Positions 19,272 through 31,300 are shown, counted from the first letter of the stretch. The stretch: DNA of 64,000 nt from Candidatus Latescibacterota bacterium (GCA_965237525.1 CBDEFO010000008.1:1056001-1120000), one strand, 5' to 3'. Notes: generated by a model from the letters alone, not told the origin. Numbers and translations: made by a program.

Positions 19272-19576
19272 CTCCCTCAACCCCATTGTACCTAAACTCA
19301 ACAACGTCCTAATTTTTGCTCAAGGACAGGTAAGGAACGTTACTTCAGAAACACCCTATTATTGCCGATATACATGTTAAAGTGCGACCTGTACTCCACG
19401 TTAAAATCATTGACAAACTTTCGCCCTCGGGACAGTTCCATGTCATTGCAAGGAGCATGAGCCGTGGAAAACGATCACAAAATACGGAGATTGTTTCGTT
19501 TGGTTCGCAATGAAAAAAGGGCTGGACAAGCAATCAATATTTTGTTCATAGTATTATTCTTCGGGAGGTAGATGCA

Positions 19577-20533
19577 ATGCAGGAGAAAGGCAATATCATC
19601 AAGTTTGTTGATGCGGGTTTGGAAAAGGTAGTGCGTAATACTGTGAGGGAGAAAAAACGGATCCGCTTCTTAGATTTTAGTTTTACTCTCCCCAGAAAAC
19701 CAACCCTGGATGATCTCATAAATCTGATGGAATTGCGGACAGTAGATCCACCACTGTTGATTGCTTAATTGGGTGGAATCGAGCAGTTGGCTCAAGTGAC
19801 AAAGTTGCAGTTGGCGGGAAACTTGAAACGTGGGAGTAAGGCGGGCAGTCTGATCAGTGATCTGTCTCCACTGTCCCAACTGACTACACTCACGCATCTG
19901 GATTTGGAAAATAACCATATTAAGGATGCTTCGCCTTTGAGTGAACTGACACAACTGACAAATCTGAATCTGCGGGCTAACAATATCGTTGATCTATCAC
20001 CGCTGTTCAGTCTGAATGGACTTAAAGAACTGGATCTGGGGGACAACAGTCTCACCGATCTATCACCGTTGTCTGGACTGACAGAGCTGACACTTCTGAA
20101 CCTGTCTTGCAACATTCAAAGAGGGAGTATCAGTGATCTATCACCCCTGGCGGGGCTGACACAATTGGCGGAGTTGAATCTTCAGGGTAACGATACTGTT
20201 GATGTATCACCGTTGGCTGGATTGACACAATTGGAAAGGCTGTATATGGGGGATAACCGCGTCGAAGATCTATCCCCACTGTCTGGACTGAAACAACTAG
20301 TGCATCTAAGGATGACCACCAACCGGATAAGCGATCTGTCCCCGTTGTCTGGACTGACACAACTGACACATCTGGAACTGGAGCGCAACCGTATCACCGA
20401 TCTATCCCCGCTGTCGGATTTGAAGCAACTGACAAGTCTGAGATTGAGAAACAACCCTCTCAACGATGTTGCTGTCGAGGAGCAGATTCCGGATTTCCTG
20501 AGAGAAGGTGTGTCAGTGTCGTATGTCCGATAA
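19577..20533 (+). pseudogene. Second internalin-type LRR protein with an in-frame TAA at 19766-19768
   Basis: GGGAGG RBS plus ATG; N-cap IKFVDAGLEKVVR; LIA*LGGIEQL aligns with ISDLSGIE; about 10 LRRs and a C-cap NPLNDVAVEEQIP..GVSV. Confidence 0.8.
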
Positions 20534-21289
20534 TGAGTGAAAATCGAGCGTTCTTTTGCGCAAAAAGTTAGAGAGACGGATATCCACCTCAAGTATGAAG
20601 CGATATAGAAAATGAATAAGGAAAGATCGAGTACATAGTAGGTAATAAACAGAGGTCAACGAATAGTATAAGCGTCTCTCCACCTGAGGAAGAGCAGAGA
20701 AACCAACAAGTCCCGAACGTCCAAACCAATCTCCCCTGACTCCACAGTACCCAAACTCCGCGACGCCATCAATTTTACCCGACGACGGATAGGAAACATC
20801 ATCGAACGCAGTTCCGAATAGTTCCCAGGGTACACAGTGAGCGACAAGTAAAACTCGGAAGGTAAACTCTGCACCTACTTGTGCTACTGCTTGTCCCCAG
20901 CACGATAAGGTGATGAGCGTTGCTAAATTGCTCCGGAATGACATTTCAGATATAAATAAGCGTCACTTAGATGTTGACTGAGAGGGAGAGACAAAAACGA
21001 TTTGACCAAAGTCTCATGAGACGCCTCCCTGCCGACCATTTATCAGAGCCCGGACACTCATACGATTCGTGCCGCTGCTGACTTCGAGCCGGTCGCCTGT
21101 TGCCCGCCTGAAGAGGATCTCCCGGTGTACATCCGATAGCTGACGCACGATCTCGTAATTGATTGGCGTTACTTTCACAAGATTCGGAAGAGACACATTC
21201 GCGTGCCTGTGACGAGTCGTTGGGAATGAGGCTTATCGGAAAACCTTTGGGGAAAATAGCTAACTTTCCATGTAGAAAGGGCTGCAACT

Positions 21290-22411
21290 TTGAGTAACAG
21301 AGTCTACGATCAGCTGGACGTGAGGACACTCATTAACGGGAAAGGGACATACACCGTACTAGGCGGCTCAATTATGCCGCCGGGGGTGGTCAAGGCGATG
21401 GTTGAGGCCTCCAAGAACTATGTGGGTATTCACGAGCTTCAGCAGAAAGTCGGTCAAAGGCTCGCCGAGCTAACCGGTGCAGAGGCCGCTTATGTCGCTA
21501 CGGGCGCAGCGGCGGCACTGGTTGAATGCACAGCCGCGTGTGTAGCGGGATGCGATCCTGAGAAGATCGCCCGACTGCCGGACACGACAGGTATGAAGAG
21601 TCAGGTGATAATCCAGAAAGCCCACAGAAATAGATACGATCAGGCGATAAGTCAGGTGGGGGTCAAGCTAATTGAAGTTGAGACCGAGGAACAGATGGAG
21701 AGCGCTATATCCGAAAAGACGGCTGCGATAGCTCACATCGCGGTCTACGAACGGGACGGGGCGGTGTCTCTTTCGGATGCCATAAAGATTGCCAAGGCTG
21801 CCGATGTGCCGTTTATGGTGGACGCCGCTGGGGAGTTGCCCCCCGCCGAGAATCTGACGAGATTCATAAAGATGGGCGCGGACTTCGTGACGTTCAGCGG
21901 AGGCAAAGGACTAAGAGGTCCCCAGGCTTCTGGTTTAGTGTTGGGAAGGAATGACATAATCTCTGCATGTCTTGCAAATAGCTCTCCAAACCACAGCATA
22001 GGCAGACCTATGAAGGCTGGGAAGGAGGAGATAGTGGGACTTTTGACCGCTGTGGAACTCTACATCCAGAAAGATCACGAGGCCGAGTGGAGAAGGTGGG
22101 AAGGACAGATAGACTATATAGCAGATGTCCTTTCGGACATAGATTATGTGGAGACAGGCCGCGTGCCTGATGAGCTGATGAACCACGTTCCTAGGCTATA
22201 CATAAAGTTTGATGAGAATAAAGTGAGGATGACTCCCGATGAAATGCTCGAAGTCTTGAGGAACGGCGAGCCGAGCATCGAGCTTTTGACCACTGAGATG
22301 GGAGTAGCGATCAGCACAAACACGCTTATGGAGGGAGACGAAAAGGTAATTGCCAAAAGGTTAAGGGAGATATTGACTCGCAAGGGAACTGATGCTCATT
22401 CATCCCACTGA
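21290..22411 (+). CDS. SelA-like PLP-dependent enzyme (D-glucosaminate-6-phosphate ammonia-lyase family)
   Basis: INGKGTYTVLGGS, VDAAGE, FSGGKGLRGPQASG, IGRPMKAGKEEIVGL. Confidence 0.85.
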   Translation: MSNRVYDQLDVRTLINGKGTYTVLGGSIMPPGVVKAMVEASKNYVGIHELQQKVGQRLAELTGAEAAYVATGAAAALVECTAACVAGCDPEKIARLPDTTGMKSQVIIQKAHRNRYDQAISQVGVKLIEVETEEQMESAISEKTAAIAHIAVYERDGAVSLSDAIKIAKAADVPFMVDAAGELPPAENLTRFIKMGADFVTFSGGKGLRGPQASGLVLGRNDIISACLANSSPNHSIGRPMKAGKEEIVGLLTAVELYIQKDHEAEWRRWEGQIDYIADVLSDIDYVETGRVPDELMNHVPRLYIKFDENKVRMTPDEMLEVLRNGEPSIELLTTEMGVAISTNTLMEGDEKVIAKRLREILTRKGTDAHSSH

Positions 22412-22442
22412 TGAGCCTGATCTCTCATGCTCTAATGGGTTT

Positions 22443-23639
22443 CTACGTTTGATAAATCTTTTCCTCACTATATCGAAATAACGGCCAAAGAGATACCAAG
22501 CCGAATATCGGCCCTATAGTAAGGAGAGAGAAGATGCAGCTTGAATTCATAATATTGGATAAGTAACTTGTGATCTGAATACTAACAATAGTGATAGAAA
22601 ATCCGATGCAGTTTACTATTGTTAAGGCAGAGCCGATCAGCTCCTTGGGCGCTGTTTGAGCTGTTAAAGCCGAAAATTGAGGGGAATCACCTACGACGAC
22701 TATTCCCCAGAGGACTAGAAACCCCAAAAATACCTCTTTAGAGGCGTGAAAAAGGAGCGGCGAGATAAGACAGAGGAGGCCCGATAGCGACAATTGAGTA
22801 AAAGCGACCGCTGAGCTGCCTATCTTTCTTGAGATCAGCCCTCCTCCAGCACACCCAAGACTGCCTGCCGCAATGATGCAAAACGACCAAAAGGAGATAT
22901 TAATATCTGCAAATGCATTCATAGAGGCATAGACAGATAAGATAAGAGGGGTAAATGCCCAGAATGTATATAGCTCCCACATGTGTCCAAAGTACCCGCA
23001 CGATGCCGAACGAAAATCTTTAGATTTGAATATTACAATCAGGGCTTTGCTACTAAATCCCGTCCCTTTTGACAGGTGAGGTCCGTCGGGGACCAGAAGG
23101 AACATAAGTATCCCGCCTACCGTGGAACTTGCAGAGACAGACAAAATGACTGTCTCCCAGCCGACGACTTGGCCAAGACTCTTCAGGAGATGCGGAAAGG
23201 AAGTCCCTAAAACTAATGCCCCCACAAGGAAGCCTATCGCCTTCCCCAGATCTTTGTGGTACCAACCGGTAGCTATTTTCATCCCCACAGGGTAGATGCC
23301 CGCCAAAAATACTCCTGTAATAAAGCGGAAAAGCAGTAAAGAAGAGAGGCCCTCTGCCAACAGGTAGATAAACAGGTTTGAAAGGGCGCCCAAAAGAGAG
23401 CAGATAAAAAATAGAATTCTGGGCGAAAATCTGTCCGATAGATTAAAGAAAGCAAAACAGAGTGTCCCCACGATAAAACCGAATTGAACGGCGGATGTCA
23501 TATAGCCCAGAGAATCGGCGCTAAGATTCCACAGATTTTGTAAATCTGTACTGACTGCGTTGCTTGCAAACCAAAGAGAGGTCCCTGCAAATTGAGAAAT
23601 TATAATAGTAGGTAAAATCCAAAAAGGTCGCTTTTCCAT
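22443..23639 (-). CDS. MFS transporter
   Basis: Multiple TM helices; QFAGTSLWFASNAV, LAGIYPVGMK, YFGHMWELY, DSPQFSAL; the longer start at 23696 lies inside a repeat. Confidence 0.88.
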   Translation of the reverse strand: MEKRPFWILPTIIISQFAGTSLWFASNAVSTDLQNLWNLSADSLGYMTSAVQFGFIVGTLCFAFFNLSDRFSPRILFFICSLLGALSNLFIYLLAEGLSSLLLFRFITGVFLAGIYPVGMKIATGWYHKDLGKAIGFLVGALVLGTSFPHLLKSLGQVVGWETVILSVSASSTVGGILMFLLVPDGPHLSKGTGFSSKALIVIFKSKDFRSASCGYFGHMWELYTFWAFTPLILSVYASMNAFADINISFWSFCIIAAGSLGCAGGGLISRKIGSSAVAFTQLSLSGLLCLISPLLFHASKEVFLGFLVLWGIVVVGDSPQFSALTAQTAPKELIGSALTIVNCIGFSITIVSIQITSYLSNIMNSSCIFSLLTIGPIFGLVSLWPLFRYSEEKIYQT

Positions 23640-23667
23640 ATGGTTTTTATAACGGTCTAGCACGTTG

Positions 23668-23811
23668 AGATTGCTTCGGGGTTTGGCCCCTCGCAATGAC
23701 TAAGGGTCTCAGCAGCTGTCATTGCCAAGCGGCGTGGCCGCCTGGCTCGGGAGGCAGAAAGACCACGATAAATTCAATCGGGGGCTTGCCACGAAGTGGG
23801 CGAAGCAATCT
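23668..23811. repeat. Two arms of the GTCATTGC/GAAGCAATCT repeat family, one carrying a partial 21-nt hairpin
   Basis: AGATTGCTTCG..CTCGCAATGAC (23668-23700) and GTCATTGCC..GCGTGGCCGC..TTCAATCGGGGG..GAAGCAATCT (23718-23811). Confidence 0.7.
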
Positions 23812-23910
23812 TGTAGACAGTAGATAGGATACCGTCTCCCAGTCCTGTATTAGTAGACTGCCAGAATGTAATGTATAATCGGTCATCTGCCAAGTGTTTT
23901 CATTAACCCA

Positions 23911-23939
23911 TTGACATTAAGAGGCTTCTTTTGTATATT
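23911..23939 (+). promoter_or_regulatory. Sigma70-type promoter
   Basis: TTGACA-17 nt-TATATT upstream of the globin gene. Confidence 0.55.
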
Positions 23940-24192
23940 CTCCACTGTTAATCCGAAGCACTTCGCATTTTAGACTTCGGATACAAACAAATTAAGCGAA
24001 ACGGTGGCAGAAGGGGGGAGGTAACAATGAGAACGTCATATATTAACCAAGCAGTTAAATCGAAATTGAAAGAAAAATTGGAATCTATGCTTAGTGATAT
24101 TGTCCCCGATAGATTCAATCGGGGATTGCCCAAGGCAGTTCGGCAACTCTGAACACATAGGCGGAATAGCGGCAAGGAAAGGAGTGAACAAT

Positions 24193-24685
24193 ATGCAAAT
24201 AGAACGCTTGTTCGTGAGGATATTCCATCCTCTTTTGGCTTTTGTTCTGGTCGTGCTGTGGAACGGGACACCGGCCGTAGCCCAGGAAAAATTGGAAAAG
24301 ACGCTCTATGAGCGGCTCGGCGGTGTACAACATCGCCACTGTGGTGGACGACTTCATCGAGCGTCTATTGGTCAATGACGTCCTGAACGCCAACCCAGCG
24401 GTCAACGGCGCCAGGGATCGGGTACCCAAGGCAGGGCTCAAGTACCGCGTCACCTCCTTGGTCTGCCAGGTAACCGGTGGACCTCAGAAATATACAGGAC
24501 GTTCGATGAAGGAATCTCATAAGCATCTCAACATCACCGAGAAAGAGTGGCAAGCGATGGTAGTTGACTTTCGGAAGACCCTGGACAAGTTCCAAGTCCC
24601 CGAAAAGGAGCAAGAGGAACTAATCACCATAGTGGAAAGCACGAAGAAAGACATCGTCATCTCAGCCGAGAAGAAGAAGTATTGA
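24193..24685 (+). pseudogene. Group I truncated hemoglobin with a signal peptide; frameshift near 24322
   Basis: MQIERLFVRIFHPLLAFVLVVLWNGTPAVAQEKLEKTLYERLGG, then a frame change to YNIATVVDDFIERL..VTGGPQKYTGRSMKESHKHLNITEKEW. Confidence 0.8.
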
Positions 24686-24874
24686 CGGTGATCCTTGAGC
24701 AAATGATGTAGAACAGACAGTAGAACTAATGGATGTGCGGTAGCAAATGGTAGGGATGGTGAGGTGGAAACCCAGTAAGAAATGTGTCGCCATTCCGCCT
24801 GATATCATACGGTAAGACATAAGCCCACCTGGGGTGGCAGCAGAGCACGAAGTGCCCTCGCCCTTACTCCCTGT

Positions 24875-26071
24875 CTACTTGTTTGTCCTTCCAAAGTTAT
24901 CCAGAAAAATCACAAAGTCAGATAGACCGATCTCTCCATTACTGTCCAGATCAAATTTGCTTCCTGAAGTGACCGTCCTCCCGAACAGATCCAGAAAAAG
25001 GACAAAGTCGGATAGATCAACTTCATTGTCCCCGTCAAAATCTCCTGCAAGAGGAACAGAGGCAGAGGAGAGGAACGGCGACCAAACAGACCCACCGTCA
25101 TTTGTTGGGATATTGGTCAGATTGACTGGATTTGTCCCGTCGGAGTTCATCACATAGATTTCATCGTTGCCATCGCGATTTGACGTAAAGGTGATCTTCG
25201 TCCCGTCTGGAGACCAAGACAGAAGGAGTTCATGCGCCGAGTTGTTGGTCAAATTGACTAAATTTGTCCCGTCGAAGTTTACCGTGTAGATTTCACCGCG
25301 CCGAACCAGGGCTGTTGTGAAGGCGAGCTTCTGTCCGTCCGGTGACCAGGAAAGGGTGAATTCCGTCACATGGATATCGGACAACAGCATCTCGTCTGTT
25401 CCATCCGTGTTCATAACGTGAATGTGCGGGCCGCCAGTGCGGTATGATATAAAGGCGATCTTCGAACCGTCAGGCGACCAAGAAGGGCTGAAGTCATCCA
25501 CCCGGTTGTTGGTCAGATTGACTTGGTTTGTCCCGTCAGCGTTCATCACATAGATTTCCGGATCGCCATCGCGGGTTGAATTAAAGAGGACTTTCGTCCC
25601 ATCTGGAGACCAGGAAGGGGTTACGTCAAACGCCCTGTTGTTGGTCAGCCGCGTATAGTTTGTCCCATCTTCATTTATTGTATATATCTCAAAGCCCGGG
25701 GCATCGCGCATAAACACGATGTTCGTCCCGTCAGGCGACCAACGAGGACTGAAGTCATTCGCCGAATTGTTAGTAAGCCGCGTCAGCTCTGTTCCATCAG
25801 CGTTTATTGTGTAGAGTTCCGCGTTGCCAACGCGGTTTGACTCAAAGATAATCTTCATCCCGTCAGGCGACCAAGAAGGCTTTACGTCCATCGCCGAGTT
25901 GTTGGTAAGCCGCATCTGGTTTGTTCCATCTGCGTCCATCACGTAGATCTCAAAGTCCCCATCGCGGAATGACACAAAGGCGATCTTGGTGTCGGAAAGA
26001 TCCTGCGCATAGACAGGAGCGTTCAAAGCGACTAACAGTGTCAGGACAGCGTAGAATACTATTAGTGTCAT
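24875..26071 (-). CDS. Secreted TolB-like beta-propeller (PD40 repeats) with a C-terminal dockerin/EF-hand-like domain
   Basis: Signal peptide; repeated [13 protein letters not shown]; terminal [28 protein letters not shown]. Confidence 0.88.
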   Translation of the reverse strand: MTLIVFYAVLTLLVALNAPVYAQDLSDTKIAFVSFRDGDFEIYVMDADGTNQMRLTNNSAMDVKPSWSPDGMKIIFESNRVGNAELYTINADGTELTRLTNNSANDFSPRWSPDGTNIVFMRDAPGFEIYTINEDGTNYTRLTNNRAFDVTPSWSPDGTKVLFNSTRDGDPEIYVMNADGTNQVNLTNNRVDDFSPSWSPDGSKIAFISYRTGGPHIHVMNTDGTDEMLLSDIHVTEFTLSWSPDGQKLAFTTALVRRGEIYTVNFDGTNLVNLTNNSAHELLLSWSPDGTKITFTSNRDGNDEIYVMNSDGTNPVNLTNIPTNDGGSVWSPFLSSASVPLAGDFDGDNEVDLSDFVLFLDLFGRTVTSGSKFDLDSNGEIGLSDFVIFLDNFGRTNK

Positions 26072-26413
26072 TTCATTAGGTTTCTATTTGTTCCAGCAGA
26101 AAGCATACAGGGAGGGCAGGAGATAGCCTGACTACTGTCAGGGCAGACCAGCGGGGATAGTCCAACTATTTTACTGTCTATCTCCTTTCTAAGAAATATG
26201 ACGGAATACCATCACTCACCAGTGGCGGATGAATGCCATCTCGGGGGTCGTAGGGGACAGCGCCTAAGGGCGAGGACTAAGCCCCGCCCGTGGAGTGCCA
26301 ATGTCGAGACGCGCCGAAGGCGGTAGGCTCGATTGGTTTCATTTAAGGTGCCAAGTCCTGATAAGTAGTTCAGTCTTATCTTCTGGATGTGAGATCTCAA
26401 CGTGGCGAAGTGC

Positions 26414-27181
26414 TCAATCCTCTCTGACCCTGTTTATTAAACTTGCGGCGTAGCCCGCTCCAAAGCCGTTGTCTATGCCAACAACCGTAACTCCCGATGC
26501 GCAGGATGTAAGCATACCTAAGAGGGCGGAAAGACCGGCGAAACTAGCCCCGTATCCCACGCTTGTCGGGACGCCGATGACAGGAACGTCTACCAGACCA
26601 CCGACCACACTTGCCAGCGCCCCTTCCATCCCGGCAACCACGATAATGACGGCCGCAGAGTGGATAAGTTCTCTTCGTTCGAAGAGGCGATGAATGCCCG
26701 CAACTCCTACGTCGAAGAGCGTTTCGACCCTGTTGCCCATTACCTGGGCCGTGTCGGAGGCCTCCTCTGCTACGGGGATGTCTGATGTGCCCGCTGTGAT
26801 TATTAAGATTGTGCCTTTGCCTTCTTCCTGCAATTCTTGTGACCCTTTAGGACGGGCGATGATGGTTCTGCCTACGGGGTTGTACTGGGCGTAAGGAATG
26901 GCTTTTCTTACGGCTTCTCCGGCCTCTTTATCGGCTCTTGTGGCAAGGAGTACTGATCCTGCCTCAAGTATGCTTTCGGAGATTCGGACTATCTGTTCCT
27001 TTGTCTTTCCCTGGCAGAGCAACACCTCTGGAAAGCCGCGCCTTAAGGCTCGGTGGTGATCTACATTGGCAAACCCCAGATCCTCAAAGGGCAGCGATCT
27101 TAATTGATCTGTCGCCTCATCCACATCGAGTGTGCCATCTTCTATCTTCTGCAGAATTTCTCTTATTCTTTCGGGATTCAT
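26414..27181 (-). CDS. larB: Nickel-pincer cofactor biosynthesis protein LarB
   Basis: DHHRALRRGFPEV, AGTSDIPVAEE, DVGVAGIHRL, AGMEGAL, VPTSVGYG, IDNGFGA. Confidence 0.92.
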   Translation of the reverse strand: MNPERIREILQKIEDGTLDVDEATDQLRSLPFEDLGFANVDHHRALRRGFPEVLLCQGKTKEQIVRISESILEAGSVLLATRADKEAGEAVRKAIPYAQYNPVGRTIIARPKGSQELQEEGKGTILIITAGTSDIPVAEEASDTAQVMGNRVETLFDVGVAGIHRLFERRELIHSAAVIIVVAGMEGALASVVGGLVDVPVIGVPTSVGYGASFAGLSALLGMLTSCASGVTVVGIDNGFGAGYAASLINRVRED

Positions 27182-27224
27182 CGCACTAGGGGAGGTGAAG
27201 GTCTGTCCTGCTGCTTGGTAATCC

Positions 27225-28235
27225 TCACAGGGGCAAAGTCACCGGTAGTTCCTCTTGTAGTTGAGCAAGTTGTCTCAGGCAATCTTTGATCTCATCCGGG
27301 TCGTCTTTTCTGACTATCTTATCTCTAAAGATAGCACTGTTTTTCATGCCCCTTGTGTACGGGGATATATGTTTTCTCATCTCTCTTACAGCCACGTATT
27401 TGCCCTTTTCCTCGATGAGCATATCCAGGTGTCTAATACACATTTCTATTCTCTCTGCAGGAGTCGGTTCGGGAGTAAGTTTACCAGTTTTGAGGAGGCC
27501 TTTCATCCTCTTGAATATCCACGGGTTCCCCACAGCTCCCCTTCCGATCATGACTAAATCGCACCCGGTCTCCTGAAGCATCACAAGGGCATCTTCGGGA
27601 GTCGTAATATCCCCGTTTCCTATGACGGGGATGGATACTGCATCTTTTACCTGTCTTATCAAGCTCCAGTCAGCTCTTCCGGAGAATCTCATCTTCCTGG
27701 TTCTGGCGTGGAGTGCTATTGCTCTGGCGCCGGCCTCTTCTGCAATTCTCCCTATCTCTTGAGCGTTTATCGTGCCTTCTGACCATCCACTCCTAGTCTT
27801 TATTGTGACTGGAATATCTACAGCACTGGATACTGATTTTATGATTCTGCTCATCAAGGGTGGGTCCTTGAGTGCGGCTGCTCCTGCCATCTTGTTGACG
27901 ATCTTGGGGACGGGGCATCCGAAGTTGATATCTATCAGATCGGGACCCAGGTCCGCCGCGATCTTAGCTCCTTCTGCAGCGAGTCTGGGATCGCTGCTGA
28001 CGACCTGTATTCCTATAGGGTGTTCGGACTCGGTGAATTTTGCCAAGCGCTTTGTCTTTTCGTTTCCTTTTAATATTCCATCTACGCTTATCATCTCTGT
28101 ATAGACCAGTCCTGCTCCAAACTCTTTACAGAGTCGTCTGAAGGGGGAATCGGATATGCCGCACATCGGGGCCAAGATGCTCTTTTCTTGGATCTGCAGA
28201 TTTCCTATTTTGACCATTGATGAGCTCCTATTCAC
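27225..28235 (-). CDS. dusB: tRNA-dihydrouridine synthase DusB
   Basis: [42 protein letters not shown]. Confidence 0.92.
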   Translation of the reverse strand: MNRSSSMVKIGNLQIQEKSILAPMCGISDSPFRRLCKEFGAGLVYTEMISVDGILKGNEKTKRLAKFTESEHPIGIQVVSSDPRLAAEGAKIAADLGPDLIDINFGCPVPKIVNKMAGAAALKDPPLMSRIIKSVSSAVDIPVTIKTRSGWSEGTINAQEIGRIAEEAGARAIALHARTRKMRFSGRADWSLIRQVKDAVSIPVIGNGDITTPEDALVMLQETGCDLVMIGRGAVGNPWIFKRMKGLLKTGKLTPEPTPAERIEMCIRHLDMLIEEKGKYVAVREMRKHISPYTRGMKNSAIFRDKIVRKDDPDEIKDCLRQLAQLQEELPVTLPL

Positions 28236-28272
28236 TGAGATAGCTGGGAGAGAGAGGAGGTGTCCCTGCCCA

Positions 28273-28295
28273 CCCCCGATTGAATCTATCGGGGG
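28273..28295. repeat. 21-23 nt hairpin repeat
   Basis: CCCCCGATTGAATCTATCGGGGG; family members also at 11728, 24104, 39677, 41729, 42712, 43905, 45685, 45772, 55084 and 56844. Confidence 0.8.
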
Positions 28296-28306
28296 CTACC
28301 GTCTAT

Positions 28307-31300
28307 TTATTTCATCCATACCCTGTCCTCTCCCAATCTGGATTTGAGAGCAGCTATAAGATCGCTGGAGGGGGAGACGGTCACGGTTCTGGACCTTATT
28401 ACAGATTTAGAGTTGCCTTCGTCTTCCAGATGGATTAGAATATCACATTCTCCGCTGTACATTTCGCAGAGTTTCCTCAGCTCCATCAATTTACCCCTTT
28501 CGACAAGTTCAAAGGGGATAGAAAGGTTTACGGTTTTGACTTTGCCCTTTAGGGCTTCATCCAGAACGACAAACTCTTCTGCCTGGACACTCTTGTTTCC
28601 GTTGGGGGACATTCTCCCTTTTATGATGACTAATTTGTCCGGTTCAATCAAAGAGCTGTATTTTCCGTATGTCTCCGAGAAGGCGACTACGTCCACAGAG
28701 CCTTTGAGATCTTCCAGTGTGATGAACGCCATCTGTGCGCCTTTCTTATCTGTGTTTCGGCGGACATCTGTTATGATGCCTCCTATTTTGACTGGGGCGC
28801 CCTTTGAAAGCTGAGGGAGGGTGTCCGAAGGATGGGCAATGAGGGCGTTTAGCTGATCTTCGTATTTTTTGAGCGGATGACCTGACATGAAAAATCCCAA
28901 GACCTCCTTTTCCTTTTCGAGCATCTGTGTCTCAGTCCACTCCTCGACTGGAGGAAGGATCCTTTTCCCTGTGCGACCGGCCGTCATCTGATTATTGTCA
29001 AAGAGTGAAATTTGGCCCTTCGCCCTTTGGTCCTGCGCAAATTGGGCAGATTCGATAGCGGTATCCAGCGATTGCATGAGTTGTGCTCGGTGTCCCTCTA
29101 TAGAGTCTGTAGCTCCTGCACGTATAAGACTTTCTATGGCCCTTCTGTTTACAGTTCTCAGATCGACTGTCTCACAGAAGTCGAATATTGTCTCGAACTT
29201 TCCGACTCTCTTTATGGCCTGGACGATAGCGTCTGCTGCTCCTCTTCCGACGTTCTTGAGGGCGGCAAGGCCAAATCTTACACCTTCTTCTGTGACTGTA
29301 AAGTCCGCCTGGCTTTCGTTGATGTCCGGAGGCAAGAGTTCGATACCAATCCTTTTGCATTCTTCGATCATCAATGCCATCTTGTCGCTGTCGGACATGT
29401 CGTTGGTAAGGCTGCCAGCCATAAATTCTTTAGGATAGTTGGCTTTTAGGTAGGCGTTCTGGTAAGCCATCACAGCGTAGCAGGCGGCATGAGCTCTGTT
29501 GAATGCATAGCCTGAGAAGACGGCAATATCGTTGTAGATCTTTTCGGCTATCTTGGGTTCTACGCCTTTTTTTTCGCATCCCTCAAAAAATTTGCCCTTC
29601 TGCTTCTCCATAATTTCCATCTTCTTTTTGCTCATAGCAGCTCTTAACATGTCCGCCTCTCCCAAGGTAAAGCCAGCTAAGTCTCTTGCTATCCTAAGTA
29701 CCTGTTCCTGATAGACTATGACTCCGTAGGTATCCTTGAGTACGGGTTCTAATAGAGGGTGATCGTATTCTATTCTCACCATCCCGTGCTTGCGGGCTAT
29801 GTAATCTGGTATGTAAGCCATAGGACCGGGTCTGTAGAGGGCGTTCATAGCTATCAGGTCTTCGATGTTGTCGGGTTTCAACTTCCTTAAACTCTCTCTC
29901 ATGCCCTGACTTTCAAACTGGAATACGCCCCAGGTGTCTCCCCTTCCGAACAGTTCATAGGTATTCTTGTCGTCGAGAGGTATCTTTTCGATATCGAAGT
30001 CGGGGGTGTACTCGCTTACCATTTTAACGACGTTGTCTTGTAGGGAAAGCTCTTTCAAACCCAGAAAATCCATCTTTAAAAGACCCAGATCCTTGCAGAT
30101 GTCCATGTCGTACTGCGTTGTAATCTTGTCTCCTTTTGGGGATTTGTAAAGCGGCACGTAGTCTGTGAGTTTACCGGGGACTATGATTACTGCAGCCGCA
30201 TGTACGGACGCATGTCTGGCTAAGCCCTCTAAGAATTTGGCGTAGTGTATGAGCTCAGCTTGTGGACCGTCGGACTTTTCCATCGCTTTGAGTTCGGGGA
30301 CTGACTTTAAGGCTCCCTCCAGAGTTATTCCCAACTCATTGGGTATCAGTTTGGCAATCCTGTCCACCTCTGAGTAAGGTATTCCCATGGCTCTGCCTAC
30401 GTCTCTGACGACGCCCTTTGCCGCCATCGTTCCGAACGTGATGACCTGACATACGCTGTCGGAACTATACTTCCCCGTCACGTAAGAGATGATCTTATCT
30501 TTGTCCGAAAAATCTATGTCGAAGTCGGGCATCTCGATGCGCTCAAGGTTCAAGAACCTTTCGAATATCAGGTCGTATTTGATCGGGTCTATTCCCGTTA
30601 TACCCAGGGCATAAGCTACAATGCTTGCAGCACCTGATCCTCTGCCGTATCCTACTCTTATTCCATTTTCCAGTGCGTATCTTACGTAGTCGGCTACGAT
30701 GAGAAAGTATCCCGCATAGTCCGTCTTTTTTATGATGTCCATCTCAATGTTGAAGCGTTCTTCTACCTGGGGCATGATCTCGTCGTAGCGTTTTTGGAGC
30801 CCCTCGCGCGCAAGGTCTTCCAGATACTTCTCAGGAAAATCGTATCCTTGGGGGAGGGGATAGGCCGGGAGGTGGAGTCTACCAAGTTCTATCTCTACGT
30901 CGCACTTCTCGGCTATCTGCACTGTGTTTTCCACAGCTTCGGGGACGTCTGAGAATAGGTCGTGCATTTCTTCGGGGGATTTGAGATACACCTGGTCAGT
31001 TATGAACTTCATCCGCTTTTCGTCTTCTATGGTCTTTCCGGTCTGAATGCAGATCAAAACGTCGTGCATGCTTGTGTGGTCCTGCTGGAGGTAGTGGGCG
31101 TCGTTGGTAGCCACAAGCGGTATGCCGAGTTCCTTGCTTATTTCTATCAGGATCGGATTGGCTTCCCCCTGCTCCTTTATCCCGTGTCTTTGGAGTTCTA
31201 TATAGTAGTTCCCTTCACCAAATATTTCCAGGTACTTCGAGGCGGCTTCTTTAGCTTTTTCCGGTCGGTTCATGCTGATAAGGTAGGGGAGTTCGCCTTT

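Noticed and set aside
13176..20533. Diversity-generating retroelement as the source of LRR variation
   Set aside because: There is no reverse transcriptase in the window, and differences between repeats are block swaps rather than adenine-specific changes.
20656..21329. Short minus-strand ORFs; DLLVSLLFLRWRD is faintly like an N6-methylase N-terminus
   Set aside because: Too little similarity to call without a search.
21290..22411. selA (selenocysteine synthase)
   Set aside because: It is shorter, lacks the SelA N-terminal domain and has no selB/selC nearby; the motifs fit the SelA-like ammonia-lyase family.
26414..27181. purE
   Set aside because: The long N-terminal extension and the DHHR..R.GFPEV and AGMEGAL motifs identify LarB.
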